A DNA stretch of 64,000 bases from Octopus sinensis (GCF_006345805.1 NC_043014.1:52204001-52268000); one strand, 5' to 3'. Positions 40,820 to 56,639 are shown, counted from the stretch's first letter. The notes: generated from the sequence alone by a model not told the origin. Made by a program: numbers and translations.

Positions 40820-41730
40820 CGTTGACGCAAATCCGAATTGCTGTCACCTAGGGAAATATTCTGGGGTAATTACTGTTGATAATAGCTCCCTCAGCCACTG
40901 TTACTAGATTTACCGATGATACAAAATTATCGCAGGCAATAAAAAATCAAGATGGCCTCGGCAGCTTACAGTGGGGCCTCAATTCGTTATACATGTAGGC
41001 CGAAATAAGCAACACGGTTTAATGCTACAATCTTTAAAGCACTGCACTATCAACCCATGAATGCATTACAGCCTCCATATGGAGGACGCCAAGGCACTAT
41101 AATTCCAGTGTCATAGGCAGTGGAGGACTTGGGGATCGGTGAGTGCAATGATGTATTATTTTATATGCACAATACCAAGATGGCAGCTAAGTGCAGACAG
41201 TTTGCAGGATGGATACCGAAGTCGTTCCAGAGTACTGCTCCCAGTGATGGTCACCATATAGTTCCAAACTAATAGTGGAGCATGAAGCACTCCGATGCCA
41301 TAACAGTAAACATGTTGAATCAGTGCAGCGGATGAGCTATAGGGACAGGCTGAGAGAGCTGCAACTTTACTCCCTTGAACAAAGGCGAGGCAGATATACA
41401 ATAATCTACATATGGATAATCCTAGAAGGATTAGTAGAGGATTTTGGCATTTCATGTTATAAAAACGCCAGAAGTGGCTGCCATTTTATTGTACCAATGT
41501 GACTATCCGCTCCTTCAAAATTCAGGACAGATATTGCAACAGTCTAGGGTTCAAAAAACCACAGGTTTTCAATACCCTGCGACAAAAATTACGAAATCTG
41601 CATAAAGTGGAAGTAGATGTTTTCGAAAAGAAACTAGCCATCCTGCTCTCCAGAATCCCTGACGAACCAAGGTGCAGAGGAGAGCAGCGGAATCGAACTC
41701 CCTTATACACCAAATGGGCCAAGAGCTGGG
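40820..41730 (+). mobile_element. Decayed CR1-clade LINE ORF2 3' part
   Basis: AVT*GNILG (GVPQG..LG-like), TRFTDDTKL, ESVQRMSYRDRLRELQLYSLEQRRGRYTIIYIWIILEGLV, FNTLRQKLRNL, VDVFEKKLAILLSRIPDEP; stops and frameshifts. Confidence 0.8.
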
Positions 41731-41844
41731 ACAAAGTTACATACAAGAGTGGTGATATAAAACACCTCAAACGGAAGAAATTAGACAGGTCACGGTGGTG
41801 CTCCAGCATGACCGCAGCCACATGGCTGAAATGAGTAGAAGCGT

Positions 41845-42535
<691 letters not shown>

Positions 42536-42556
42536 TGAAAATTATTCGGTAGTCAT

Positions 42557-42617
42557 GATAAAACTCCGAGTTTCGGATGTCGGGGCTGAAAGCCACCCCG
42601 GTATCTTTTCAGTTATC
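42557..42617 (-). ncRNA. Type I hammerhead motif, family 3 (G8A variant)
   Basis: Reverse complement: GAUAA CUGAAAA GAUACCGGGGUGGCUUUCAGCCCCGACAUC C GAAAC UCGGA GUU UUAUC. Confidence 0.65.
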
Positions 42618-43107
42618 GGGGCATATATATATATATATATATAACCCTTTGTATGTAGGAATGTACACCAGCTCTTATGTGTGTGCGGCGCCCGAGTACG
42701 TCTGTATGTGTGTGTGATTTGTTTGACTTTATTCCTGATTGTGTGTGTGGGGAGGGGTATGTATGCTTAATAATGGCAATTAATGAAGATGAAAGAAGAT
42801 AGTGTGGGGCTGAAATTATAAATATATATGATTATATGAGCAACTTAAGAACATGAGAAGCGTAAGTAATTATACGTATCGACGAAATTAATTCATTCAA
42901 TAAATCTATATTGACATAAGCGTATACGTGTGTATAGTTACATATATATATATATATATACATATGAACATCAACACACGCATATATGTGTGTGTGTGTG
43001 AAGTGCGGTGTGTGCGCGCGAGTTCATAATAAGGTAGATATCAATCAAATATCTGAACTCGTAATTATATATTATTTTCTTTCAACCACGCTCTTGTGCC
43101 CACTATG

Positions 43108-43166
<59 letters not shown>

Positions 43167-43202
43167 CTACATATATGCACACACACACACATATATATGC
43201 GC

Positions 43203-43247
<45 letters not shown>

Positions 43248-43306
43248 TATATATAGATACATACACCTGTTGATATATGTTAAGTGTGTGTCCCTCTTTC
43301 TTCCAG

Positions 43307-43384
43307 ATGCATGTGTTTGTCTGTATCACACATTGTACTTTTACTCTTCATTTGATGAAACAACCAGCTGGGTCATGTGTATCG
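43307..43384 (+). CDS. Putative internal coding exon (78 nt, phase 1-1): xACVCLYHTLYFYSSFDETTSWVMCI(G)
   Basis: Acceptor ccctctttcttccag|, donor |gtaaat, open frame; phase-compatible with neighbours. Confidence 0.55.
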
Positions 43385-43959
43385 GTAAATGATAATTTTA
43401 TGCCCCTTAAAGGAATAAGTAAACAAGGAAAGCCAAAGGGTAGGTTGGTTCATCTAGAATGCTGTCTACCCCTACGTTCCTAAATTCGATTCGATAATCT
43501 CCGATAAACTAACTAACGCTAGGTCTCCCTGCTGTATTCTTATTACATACCTATATTTTTCCCAGAGAATTATTCTTTAAAAGGAGACTCAGAGTCTCTA
43601 TACACCATCCTAAACATATTTCGTTGTCTGACTGTAGAATGTTAAGATTATATATAGAGATTTGCACCGAATACGGAGTATTGTTTCTTTCAGCTATTCT
43701 ACCCTTCGTACCAGTGTAGATTGTCCTTTGATATCTCGTTATGTTATTTAAGGCAATCTATAGCCGTACAACTATTTACCTATATTCACAGACACACACA
43801 CAATATATATATAATTAGAAACTGAAGAAAAATACAGATTAACCAACACATCGATTGGTCCACATTTATTGCTTATTTTAATACAAAGCATGGCATAAGA
43901 AAATAGGTGGCCAATAGTATATACGGATATTTCATCCCTTAGTCCGTTACTACAACCGC

Positions 43960-44290
43960 TAAATGGTTTTATTTATATATATATATATATATTGATAAAA
44001 ATGGTAAGATATCAAAAGAATGAAAGAGACCTCGATATTATGTAAATAGAGGAATTTTTCTGTAAATGTAATATGTGACAATTATTTGGCAGCCATGATA
44101 AAACTCCGAGTTTCGGATACCGAGGTGGAAATCCACGCCGCCATCTCTTCAGTTATATGGCCATCAGAAAAGTACCTATTCTGATGGCATTTTTCCGATG
44201 GCCAGATAACTGAAGAGAAGGCAGCGTGGATTTCCCCCTCGGCATCGAAAAATACCTTTTTCCGATGGCATTTTTCCGATAACTGACAAC
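43960..44290 (-). mobile_element. PLE-type pseudo-LTR fragment with hammerhead (minus strand) plus inverted, iterated partial copies on its 5' side
   Basis: Shares caattatttggcagccatgataaaactccgagtttcggat with 42536-42620. A plus-strand partial copy gataactgaagag...catcgaaa sits at 44205-44250. Confidence 0.65.
44097..44157 (-). ncRNA. Type I hammerhead ribozyme, family 3, intact core
   Basis: Reverse complement: (U)AUAA CUGAAGA GAUGGCGGCGUGGAUUUCCACCUCGGUAUC C GAAAC UCGGA GUU UUAUC; predicted cleavage between 44102 and 44101. Confidence 0.75.
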
Positions 44291-44709
44291 GAAGTTCAGT
44301 GAAATATTATACTACATGAATGTGTATAGAATAATAATCCTTGCTTAAATAGGGTTCTCGCAAAATCAGAATCTCCACTTCAAAGCGTATTCCACCTTGT
44401 GAAAAGTTATAAAATAATTGCGCACAGTTAATTAACATTCCTTTATATAAATGAGTGTAATTCCATAATCATGTGCAGTATTACTGTTACGTAATGCGGA
44501 TTGGGTTTATCTCAAAGACTTCTTAACTGTCATCAATTATTACTGAGTTTGTGAAGAAACTTGTTTAAAAATGAGTCAAACATTAGTCCGAGGTGCCGAG
44601 TGACCTGACGGTTAACCCCTGCGATTTTTTTTTATTGTCTGCCTAATCTTATCGAAGATGTTTTGCAAGTTGTTAGCAACTTCAAAGATATGCATAATAA
44701 TGCATGTTA

Positions 44710-44720
44710 ATATTATATAT

Positions 44721-44791
<71 letters not shown>

Positions 44792-45124
44792 CATGCATAT
44801 AAATATATAAAATACATACATATATGTGTGTATATATATAAATGTATATATAGAATATACATATATATATGAAATACATACATATATATATATATCTATA
44901 TAAAATACATACATATATGTGTATATATATATAAATGTATATAGATACACACACACATATATATATATATACATATACATACACGTGTGTAATATATATG
45001 TATATATATGTATATATATATATATATATATACATATACACACGTGTTGTATATATATGTATATATATATATACATATATATATGTGTATATATATACAT
45101 ATACACACGTGTGTATATATATAG

Positions 45125-45160
<36 letters not shown>

Positions 45161-45236
45161 CATATACACACGGTGTATATATATATATATATATAGTATA
45201 TATATATATATATATATACATATACACACGTGTGTA

Positions 45237-45274
<38 letters not shown>

Positions 45275-45314
45275 TATATATATATATACATATACACACG
45301 TGTGTATATATATG

Positions 45315-45359
<45 letters not shown>

Positions 45360-45364
45360 CACAC

Positions 45365-45395
<31 letters not shown>

Positions 45396-45424
45396 CATAC
45401 ATATATATGTGTATAATATATATA

Positions 45425-45462
<38 letters not shown>

Positions 45463-45545
45463 GTGTGTATATATATAGTATATATATATATACATATATA
45501 TATATGTGTATATATATAACATACATATATATATATATATATATA
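44710..45545. repeat. (AT)n tract with recurrent ACACGTGTGT palindromic core
   Basis: Direct reading. Confidence 0.9.
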
Positions 45546-45641
45546 TCACCTCAAGTTTTACCTATCGCATCCAAATTCTGAATTTCTCTTTTCATGTCTA
45601 TTTCTCTGTATCATATCTCTTCTCTTTCTCACTCATTTTAG

Positions 45642-45701
45642 GAGACGACAAGGAAGCATCAATCCCCACCATTCAGCCAAACACAACGATGCCTGTGTTT
45701 A
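45642..45701 (+). CDS. Putative internal coding exon (60 nt, phase 1-1): (G)DDKEASIPTIQPNTTMPVF
   Basis: Long pyrimidine tract ending ctcattttag|, donor |gttagt, open frame, Thr/Pro-rich. Confidence 0.65.
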
Positions 45702-46177
45702 GTTAGTTGCACATCGATATTTTTACGCGTTTTTTTTCTTACATATTTCATATTTGAATCCGTGACATATTGTGCTTTCTTGTTTTATTTCCCAACCTAA
45801 ACATTACACTCAACCCTCATATCTGCCATTTGCATAAAATTTCATAACCGTTTGTAAACTTAACATTTTAACTCCAAAGAAATATCGTTTCCATAATAAC
45901 GGTTTTCAAGTTTATATTTTGTTTTGAAATATTTTGTTTTCTAGTTCTCTACCTTTGATATTCTTGTTGTTGTTGTTGTTTGGGACAGGTTTAAGTGCAT
46001 TCATTTACATTATTTGAGATTTGCAGAACACTTTCACGCTCATATTTTTTCCTGCAGCTAAACATACTTTCTCACCAACCTTAATTACTAGCATTTCTAA
46101 AAACACATCGCAAAGACATAATTTTAACTACTTAGGGTGTTAGGTAGTTTTTGCAAATAAATTATATTACCATTTGT

Positions 46178-46410
46178 AAGGCGGCAAGCTGGCAGAAACG
46201 TTAGCACGCCGGGCGGAATGCTTAGTAGTATTTCGTCTGCCTTTACATTATGAGTTCAAATTCCGCCGAGGTCGACTTTGCCTTTCATCCTTTCGGGGTC
46301 GATAAATTAAGTACCAGTTACGCACTGGGTCGATGTAATCGACTTAATACCTATTTCTGTCCTTGTTTGTCCCCTCTGTGTTTAGCCCCTTGTGGATAGT
46401 AAAGAAATAG
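46178..46410 (+). mobile_element. SINE family B, single body unit
   Basis: Matches 25047-25280. Confidence 0.85.
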
Positions 46411-47110
46411 ATAGTACCCTTTGTGTCAGTCTCTAATGTATCACAAATAGAGGTTACATGCTTAGTTAATATAGTAAAAATTGTGGCTTGAAATGATAAC
46501 AATTATGTCTTTAAATAATATATTTAATGCCAAATGCTTGTCTTGTGCCGTTTTCTTCAGGGTTATAATCACTTAATAATTTACATATATATTTTATAAA
46601 GCAGAACTATCTTTGTTATTTGTTGTGGTCTGGAATATAATACTTTGCTTTTAATACATTCTACTAAAACAGTGTTTTTCAACCACGTATTTTACCATAT
46701 TTGCCGCTGATGTATAGAGAATGATTACTCTAGATTTATTTAATAGATATATTTCACACATTGATTACAACGCGATATGATTACAAACTGATATGATTTC
46801 GTATTCATGTGTATAAACTATGTATAATAGCCATTCAGACGATAGATATCGATAAAACATGTGTGGGAAAGTAATATATAAGCAAATATAAAAATAGAGG
46901 GAATGATGCACTGGGCTAAATATTTGAAGATACCGCTTCACTGCAAGGACAGCTCGATAACTGAAATCAGTAAAAAATAACAACGAATATACATTAAAAA
47001 GAAATTAGGCTTTTAATTTATAACTCTTCTAAATAATGCTTGGAGCAATTTTAAATTAAAACCTGCTCACCAGGAAAACGAATGTCTAAAATGTATATAC
47101 ACATCATATG

Positions 47111-47166
<56 letters not shown>

Positions 47167-48417
47167 ATGTATGATTTTCATCACAGTATGCCTACAGGCA
47201 TGCTATGATTTTGTAAGTGGGGAAGCAGTGTGTTTAAGAATATATAAAGTGTATCATTGCTTTTTCATACTTTTGTCTGTAGTATTTTCTATTTTGTTTC
47301 TAATTTATTTTCCCGCATGACTAAGGCAATGAACTATTTTACAACATTGACGGTATTAAAAAGCAATGGCTGAAAAACTCTGAACTAACTCATTTTCTTT
47401 TGTTGTTTTGCACAATATAGAATTAGGGAATGCTTTTTGATATTTAGTAGCAGCTAAAATTGTTTTCGTGATTTGATTTTTGTATTATATATATATATTA
47501 AAAAAATGTTAATATCGTAAAGCTTCCTACACATTTACTAACATGAATTTTCGCTTTTGATTAAATAACAAAGGATTTTTCACTATTTTCTTACACACAT
47601 GCACATATACATACCAAATAATATGTGTAATATTCCATTAAAAACTCAGCAATACACCTGGTAAGAAACAAATATTTGACTGAAATGCGATTGAACGAAT
47701 TACTTCGTATCAACGAAACAATAACTCCAACAGAATGTTGTGTATTGTCGTTTTATATTTGGAGTGAATTTACTAATATAAACCATAACAACATTTCCTT
47801 TGCAGTACCATGTCATTTCTCATACAATTGTATTTCTTCTAATCAGTTTTTTTGGTATTTGTTCCTTGTAATACTCTATTGATAAACGATGTATTAATTA
47901 ATAAGTGGTAATAACAAAGCAATATTAACGTGATATACTCGCTCTTGTTGCTAATAATTAGAAACATGCATAATAAAATACACGAAGGTGTATTAATATA
48001 TATTTGAACATACAATAAGAATGAGAGTGCTGGATCCAGCTACAGTTGTCTCAAAAAAAATTAATAATTGTAATAATACTAAGGTTCGTCTGACTAGATG
48101 TTAGTGACTGTTCTCGAGAAACAGTGACAGAATGACCAATACATGTAAAGCCTGCCGTTCGTTATGATCTTACTGTAAAAGATCGATGTTCCAAAGACGT
48201 CATTTTTCATTTATGATTAATAAATTTCATTTTATTTATCAAGTTTCTTCACTTGGGATTACAGGTTGTTTTATTATTATTATTATTGTAAATAACAGAG
48301 GCTTTTCTGTATCCGGAGACATGCATCATTATAGCTCGTCTCCATTTCCATTCTTGTTCCCATTCCCTTTTACAAAAATCCACAAAATTTTGAGATTTTA
48401 TGCCTATTGTAGAAAGG

Positions 48418-48457
<40 letters not shown>

Positions 48458-49166
48458 GACAGTTCTTTCTGTGGATGCTAAAATAAACGCAGCATTTATT
48501 AGGCAAGTAGCAGGTGTGTTACGCAAAGGAATCTCTTATTTCCGATGACACAGTATTGCTTTAAATGTGATAGGATATATTACGTACAATCATAGATATA
48601 AAGTTTGCGATAGAAAAGCGCATTATTCACTGATGAAAGTGCTTCACCAACAGGTAGGCTAAATCACGGAAGTACTACGGTAAACAGTAACAGATGTATA
48701 CTGTATACTATAACAAATGATGCTAAGTTATGAAGTTAATTACGTCTCCTCATTTCATTTAAAAGTATCACGTGATGATAGGGTCTACCTCTTCACACTG
48801 ATGTAAACGTTATATAATAGATTAAGATATTTAAGCAAGAAATGTTATATGCAGTCGCCAGAGTCGCAGAAAGACGTCAGACATCACCGAAATAAGCCCT
48901 AGGGTAATATTAGATAATGACTAATTAGATAGAAGAGATGTGATTAACGTGTTAGTTTGATTAATAGCCGAAACTTTCATGTAATCGTCATATTTATAAT
49001 GAATATTTGACTTTCTCTTTTGTATCAATTTGCTTGTCTATTTCTTGCTCTTTTCTTTAGTAGGCATTTATGAATGAATATTTACATATATGTGTAATTT
49101 GATATATTATGTATCAACTTTGTTGTGTCGTATACTGATATTTCTTCTCATTTCCATATTTTCCAG

Positions 49167-49285
49167 CCGATGCTCCCGTGAATCATCAACTTCAAACAAC
49201 GAACGGGTTTGCTCTACTGAGAAGTTTCTCAACCTCATTTTTTGGATTGTGTTGCGTGTTTCTGGCCACGGGTTTCCCTTTATGA
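49167..49285 (+). CDS. Putative terminal coding exon: (T)DAPVNHQLQTTNGFALLRSFSTSFFGLCCVFLATGFPL*, hydrophobic GPI-signal-like tail
   Basis: Branch-like ctgat plus tttcttctcatttccatattttccag| acceptor. Phase-1 start fits the 45701 donor (A|CC = Thr). TGA at 49283-85; AATAAA downstream near 49843. Confidence 0.65.
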
Positions 49286-50606
49286 TGTAGCACAGCGCAC
49301 TGCTTTGGCCTCGTATGAGAATAATCTCCTTTAAGCTGAAAACAATTTTTAAAAAATGAATTTCAAAATACACCAAAAAAAAATTATAAAACGAAGTTAA
49401 AAAAAAATTCTATGTTGCGATTGTATAGGAACGAGTTAGGTTACTGTTGTTATTAAGATGGATCATAATGCCATTTAGTCGGAGATTCTCGGACTGAGAG
49501 ACGATGATTAAATGGGATGAGATAGTGAAATGTAAAGGAGATGACATGAAGAGAATTACGGAATGAATGAGAGAAAAGTTAAATATTTCAATAGAAATAA
49601 TTCTTTTTTAAAAACTCCGAGATTAAAAATCTGTTTTTAATATAGTAAATTGCTATGCATTGCTGCGAAATTCGATATGAAATTTAAACAGATATAGATA
49701 GGACGGATTTATACATTATTAAATATCACAAGAATAGAGATTATGAGAATAGACTAGCTTTATTAGCGATATGACCTATGATGAGACTGTTTTTACTACA
49801 AAGACAACACGAATTAATAGATAAATGTAATGAAATAATTTAATAATAAATATAACCTTAATAAAACATGCAGTTGCACAAAATATAATAAATCTCAAAC
49901 CAACAACAACGTACAGCAGGAATCAGGATACAACACATGTTCCAATTAAGAGTAAAAAATAGATATATGAATAATAATTAAAATCATTCAAAATATTGTT
50001 ACGAATTTCCTCATTATGATAATGAATCTACGAAAGAGAAAAAAAGATAACGCCGTATAATACACCTTCTTAAGCGTGTAATATAAATACCATTATTAAG
50101 GAGTAGGAGAAGCAATAATCATGTCTCTGGATTTCAAACCTGGTAATGCATAGTAAGGATCTAATCACAATATTAAGAATTATAGTAATGATGATAATAA
50201 TGATACTGGTAATATTAATTGTAGTTCAAGTAGTAAATTTAAACAATATAATACGATTATAATATAACGATAAATAAATCGCAATATCGAATATAAAATA
50301 TTATTTCATCTTCTCAAGTTCGAAATAAAAATAATACACAAAAATGTTTTCTGAGAGACGAAATATATATATATATATGATATATATGTTAGGATTGTTT
50401 AATAAAAAATAAGAAATCACAGGCTTTTTTTCAGGTGTAATTGTGATCTTCCTGTCTTATCAGTAAATTAAGACAAAGTGTATATTTTTCGTTCATCATA
50501 CGCATATTTAGCTAACGTTCAACAAATGTTATTTTTAATTATAAATTTTACTAAAAAATATTGTCAAAAAATTTATAAGGCTTGAAAATAACAAAATCAA
50601 CTAAAA

Positions 50607-50841
50607 GTGTATATTTCTAATATATACATATATACGTACACACACACATATATATATGTATATATATACAGAGGTTCATGTATAAATACATATATAAATA
50701 TGTATGTATATATATACATATATATATATATTTATGTATGTATATGCATATATATATGTACGTATATACATATATATCCATACAGAGATACATATACATG
50801 CAAACGTACACAAACACACATATACACAGATATATGTATAC

Positions 50842-50878
<37 letters not shown>

Positions 50879-51208
50879 CATATATATATATATATGTGTA
50901 CATATATATTCATATGTGTATGTATACATATGCATCTACATATATATATATATATATATATATATGTAGACAGAAACACACACACACAAACATGTCTCAT
51001 ACACAGAATTACGTGCATCGCTACATAAATATATACACAAGCATATATGTGTATTGTATGCAAACATATATAAGTAAATATATAAGCATACTGATGTATG
51101 AATTTATATGTGAGTGTATAAATGTAAATATATGTACATGCATATATAAATATTCATAGATTTATTTACATACATAAATGCACACACACACTATATATAT
51201 ATTATATA

Positions 51209-51243
<35 letters not shown>

Positions 51244-51791
51244 ATGTGTAGCAAATTGTATACTTGTATAGCTTGACATTTAACGTAAAGTAATTTTTAT
51301 CGCAACTAGTAATTACTAAGTTAGCAAGAATTCATTATAGTCTAGTATTTTTTCAACGAGGTTAGACAGGAAGAGAAAAATGAAATCAAGCGAATCAGAT
51401 AGTCCATGGAGACTTAATTCAAGATAATGATTAAAACAAATATTTCTAAAAATAGACCAAATACTTATGATTAAACGTGCATATATATATATACAAACAT
51501 ATATACAAACATATATACACACATGTATACATTCATATACTTACGTATATATTGATATACATAAATATGCACATATATATGCATATATTTATATATATAA
51601 ATATATACACACAAACATATATACACCCATTATATACATTCATATACTTACGTATATATAGATATACATATATATTCACATATATATACACATATATATA
51701 TATGCACATATGTATATCCACATATATATATACGTATATATCTACTTATATATACACATAGTATATATACACACACACACACACATATATA

Positions 51792-51852
<61 letters not shown>
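50607..51852. repeat. (AT)n/(AC)n compound tracts
   Basis: Direct reading. Confidence 0.9.
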
Positions 51853-51853
<1 letters not shown>

Positions 51854-52629
51854 CACAACAGTATATGAACGAAGCTCTCCTTGAATAAATCTGATAAACA
51901 CTAGCCGAACTTATATTACTACAAATAATTTTAAGTGAAATATAGTTTAATACACACGCAGGAAATATTCAAACATTAGCATATCGATTGCATGGAAAAT
52001 GTCGCGAGAGAACACAATATACATACATTATATATATATGTTATTAGAATTTAAGAAAATATGTAACGTAAGTTATGAAAGTTAGTCACGTGCGACCCAA
52101 TTAATTCCTTAAATATGCATTAATATGTCTCATTGGGGACACTAAATAAATTTCGAAATTGAAGAAGAGTTTATATAATAGATGATAGTAACATTCACAA
52201 AAGTGCATTTTGAATTGTATAATCAAACTATAAATAGTTTAATTATTGAGATTAGTAAATATTTCATGGCGCACTCAGGAAACATTCTAATATATAAGTA
52301 TTTAGGCAAGCGGCATAGTCATATTTCTATAATTCTCAAATATATGTATTAGAATTTAGAGTAAAAGTCTTTAGGTCTAGATTTACTTTTCTTCTAAATA
52401 CAAAGAGGCCGTTAAATAGAAAAATAAATTCCGGTTATTGACGAATGAGTTTAGTACAAAAATGAATCATTTAGTTATCTAATTACAATCCAACGCAATG
52501 CACACGCACAATCACACACACACATATTAATGTATATACATATATGCCTCAGTAAATGTATATACATCTATGTATGTGCCAGCGTGCCTGTGTGCATCTC
52601 TTTGTATGCGTATAAAACACATACCTATA

Positions 52630-52669
<40 letters not shown>

Positions 52670-53326
52670 CTTATGTATATATACGTGTATGTATACATAT
52701 GCATAAATATGAATGTATATATATATATACGTGTATGTATACATATCCATACATATGAATGTATATATATATATACATATATATATTCGAATTTATAGGT
52801 ATATGTTATATTTATATATTTATGAGCATACATAAACTTATACTTACATCTGGAAATGTTTATATATATATATATATATATATTCGTATATGCGTGTGTA
52901 TATTTAATAGGACGTCTGACTGAGAGTGAGCGCATTTATTAATATAAATTGTATGAATGAATAATGCCGAAATTATGTTTAAAGTTACCCACCCAAATTC
53001 CCTTGTACTAAGATTTTGCTTGAGAAACTAAGTGTGGAAAAAAACAATAAAAAAACAAGAGCAAATGTTAAACTTCACACAAACATTGCTATTATTATGT
53101 TAAAAGGTAAAAACAATAATTCTTTGTTAATGTTTTGATTTACTATGTATCTGCGCATCTCTTTGAATTTTGGCTTTTTCTGAATTAAAACGTATATGTA
53201 TATACACACACACATATATATATACACACATACATACCCATATTTGAATATATATACACATGTATAAAAATATATATATATATATATATTTATATATGTA
53301 TACACCAACATATGTATATATGTGTA

Positions 53327-53376
<50 letters not shown>

Positions 53377-53801
53377 TATACATGTATATATACAGAATGG
53401 AATGACGCAAACAAAAAATTTTAAAGATGGAAATTAATATGAATTGTCCAATTAAAGTTACTTTGTTTCTTGTACAAACTCAACTTGATGTTTATTGTTT
53501 TCGTGTATTTTGTTTTTTCCTTTGCAATAGTATTATATCATTGTTCAATTTTTTTGTCTAAATGTTTGCACACATCACAATTGAAGCATGGTTACGTAAC
53601 TTCTGAATATATTAAATTGACGCATGAATTTCAACATGTACAAAAATTGGCGCCTTTCTAAACATGCATCTATATATACGCACATGCATACAGCATATGT
53701 ACATATACGTATATATACTTATATATAGAACATATATAAATAAATATATATATATAGAACATATATAAATAAATATATATATATAGAACATATATAAATA
53801 A

Positions 53802-53834
<33 letters not shown>

Positions 53835-54060
53835 AGCTATGTTTGCATGTATGTATATGTATGCATATGTTTATATATAAGTGGACATGTATGTTTACAT
53901 ATATATATGTGTGTGCTTTAGCTTAAATTAGAAGTATACACAATTATATTTTTATAACAATTACAAAATATACACAGACATGTAAAAAGTATCTTGCGGT
54001 TGAGGAGTAAAGTAAATTAAGTAGAAATTGTTATATTGGTTAGATAAAGAGGCGCAAGAT

Positions 54061-54061
<1 letters not shown>

Positions 54062-54128
<67 letters not shown>
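54062..54128. repeat. Perfect (CA)n microsatellite, about 33 units
   Basis: Direct reading. Confidence 0.95.
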
Positions 54129-54130
<2 letters not shown>

Positions 54131-54767
54131 GACGCAAGCAAAATACTCTCGTTAAAACGTACGTCGCTAAATATTGGATCGGCTTAACTGAACGAGATCC
54201 TAGGTAAATGTTTTATATTCATTGTCTGTTTCCGTCGCCAGTTTCTAACTACAATTAATCTATTCAAAGGCTTTATATTTCAAGAATTACTACCCCTGAA
54301 GCCTCCTAAATTATTTGGGAGTTTCAATGATATGTAGCGTTAAAAATTTGCATTACATAATCGTATTTATTTATAAGGTGTTTGAAATTTAATCATAGTA
54401 GCGGCTGGTATTTCGTTAGCTACAATTTCTTGTATAGTTTTATAAATCTAACAGCTTTTGCATTATGCAGTGCTTTCAAGGGAGCCAGTGTAGCTTTGAA
54501 TTATACTTTTGAAGCAAATTCCTAGGCATCAAATTTTGATGTAAACTATTTTCGCTGAATGAGTAACGACATACATTTGTCAGGTTCTTCAAACGACAGG
54601 TGGTAGTGCGCTAAAAATATCCATAATGCAAATTTTCAAACTGCATCAGCTGAATATACAAGCTATAACTTCCAGCCAGCCTTTAGTAAGAATAATCGGT
54701 TAAAACGGACTTCATGAAATTTGTGCGATTTAAAAAAAAAGATGCCATATACCTACGTATATACAAA

Positions 54768-54804
<37 letters not shown>

Positions 54805-55539
54805 ATATATATATACATGTGTGTTAGAGTTGTTGCTGTCGCAGTCTCAGCTGAATTGAAATGAAAAAAAAGCAATTTACACATTCGTAGGTTACAGTTA
54901 GATTTCTTCAATTGCAGTTTATTCTTATGTTACTCAGTGTGCCTCCCTCCTAGTCGCCTGCAATGTCTTTCTTCGAGCCAAATACTCGGAAATGCGAACA
55001 TATATACACATACATATACGTACATATGTATGTATACGTATGTTTATATACGCATATATATGCATATATATATATATATACGTATACATACGCATATATA
55101 TATATATATACGTATACATACGCATATATATATATATATATAAGTATACATACTTCTATATACTTATATATGCTAACCTATATATACATATATATATATA
55201 TATATGTGTATACGTATATATTTATATATGTGTGTGTACATATAAATACGTATATATATATATATATATTAGATATAGATACGTACATATATATAATATA
55301 TATATATATACATATGTAGATATATACGTACATATATAAACACATATTAATATGTATATGTACATACACATTTTGTATGTATGTATATATATATATATAT
55401 ATATAAATATGTATATATATATACTATATATATATATATATACACCTGTGTGTATATATGACATGTAACTATAATCTCACCGCTATACGCAAGCAGAAGA
55501 AAAGTCCTCTTTCCTTCCGTAGGATGGCTTCTTTCCTGC

Positions 55540-55760
55540 TTCAAGAGCCACACATTGGTGAGCAGAAATATGTGTTCTCGCATCCTTCGCACACTAACCC
55601 TACCGAAGCATCAAGAACGAGGAAGCTGGCGGGAGAGAGGGCTGCTTCTCCAGATATTCGGAGATGGAATCCATGTTAATATGAAGGCGACTTTTATCAG
55701 ACTTATGATGGCACTGTCAGAGAATCTCTTGAACATCTTTTCAAACATAGATTCAACAGT
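55540..55760 (+). mobile_element. Possible ancient RTE-like LINE fragment (post-RT region)
   Basis: CSRILRT followed in another frame by IKNEEA resembles the RTE motif C.RRILRI....HI.NEEV; heavily decayed. Confidence 0.3.
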
Positions 55761-56601
55761 GTTGTCGGTTCCATAACAGCACCCTGGTGAATGCTGCCAT
55801 CGGTGGCTACTAATTGACTTTCACTCTAAATTCTTCGTAGAAATTTCCTTTATCTATATATCATATGAATTGTGATTACAACACAATAAATCAAACGATT
55901 ACATACATATCTAACCTATGTGGTTTGATACATACTACTATAATAACAAAGAAGATCATAACTATATCACATGAACATGATTATCTAAATACGTAGATAA
56001 TTAAGCACACATATAATTTAAAATAGAAAATCAAACATACACACAAACACAGATACAGCACCCACAAGAACATAACACTCACATAAACACAAATTTTAGT
56101 CCTTTAATTTTTTAGCATAAGTAACACTTTGCCTGTAATCGTCAGTTTTTTTTTCGTTTTTTTTACTTGCAGTGATTTGGTGGAAGAAAAAATAATTAAA
56201 AAAAATCTTAAAATTATAAGAGAAACTCAGCAACTAAACATGACAAGCAATAATTCTGTAGCAATCTTTAGATATTTCATTCGTCACCCCGTCCCTTCCT
56301 TGTTATGTTCACATTGCCACCACTTCAAAGAACGCCTAATTATTGAAACACTTTGAAGCAACCATCGTTAATTTTGTCATCGATATCTTGTCTTGTTTCT
56401 TTCACATTCTGCTTTTCTTTCCTTTACATCAGTACCATTTATTTTCTTTTCTTCTTTCTTTTTGTTTATTATTTCCTTTCACGTTGTCTATATATATGCT
56501 TGAGCAACACAATGTAGGAATTGCAAACACACAATTGTCAGAACCAAAACGTCACATACTCTATTTACTTCCGTACGTCCATTTCACTACATTTATGAAA
56601 C

Positions 56602-56639
<38 letters not shown>

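Noticed and set aside
46058-46143. Possible alternative terminal exon (KHTFSPTLITSISKNTSQRHNFNYLGC*) after a strong acceptor
   Set aside because: No independent support; chance acceptors are common in AT-rich introns.
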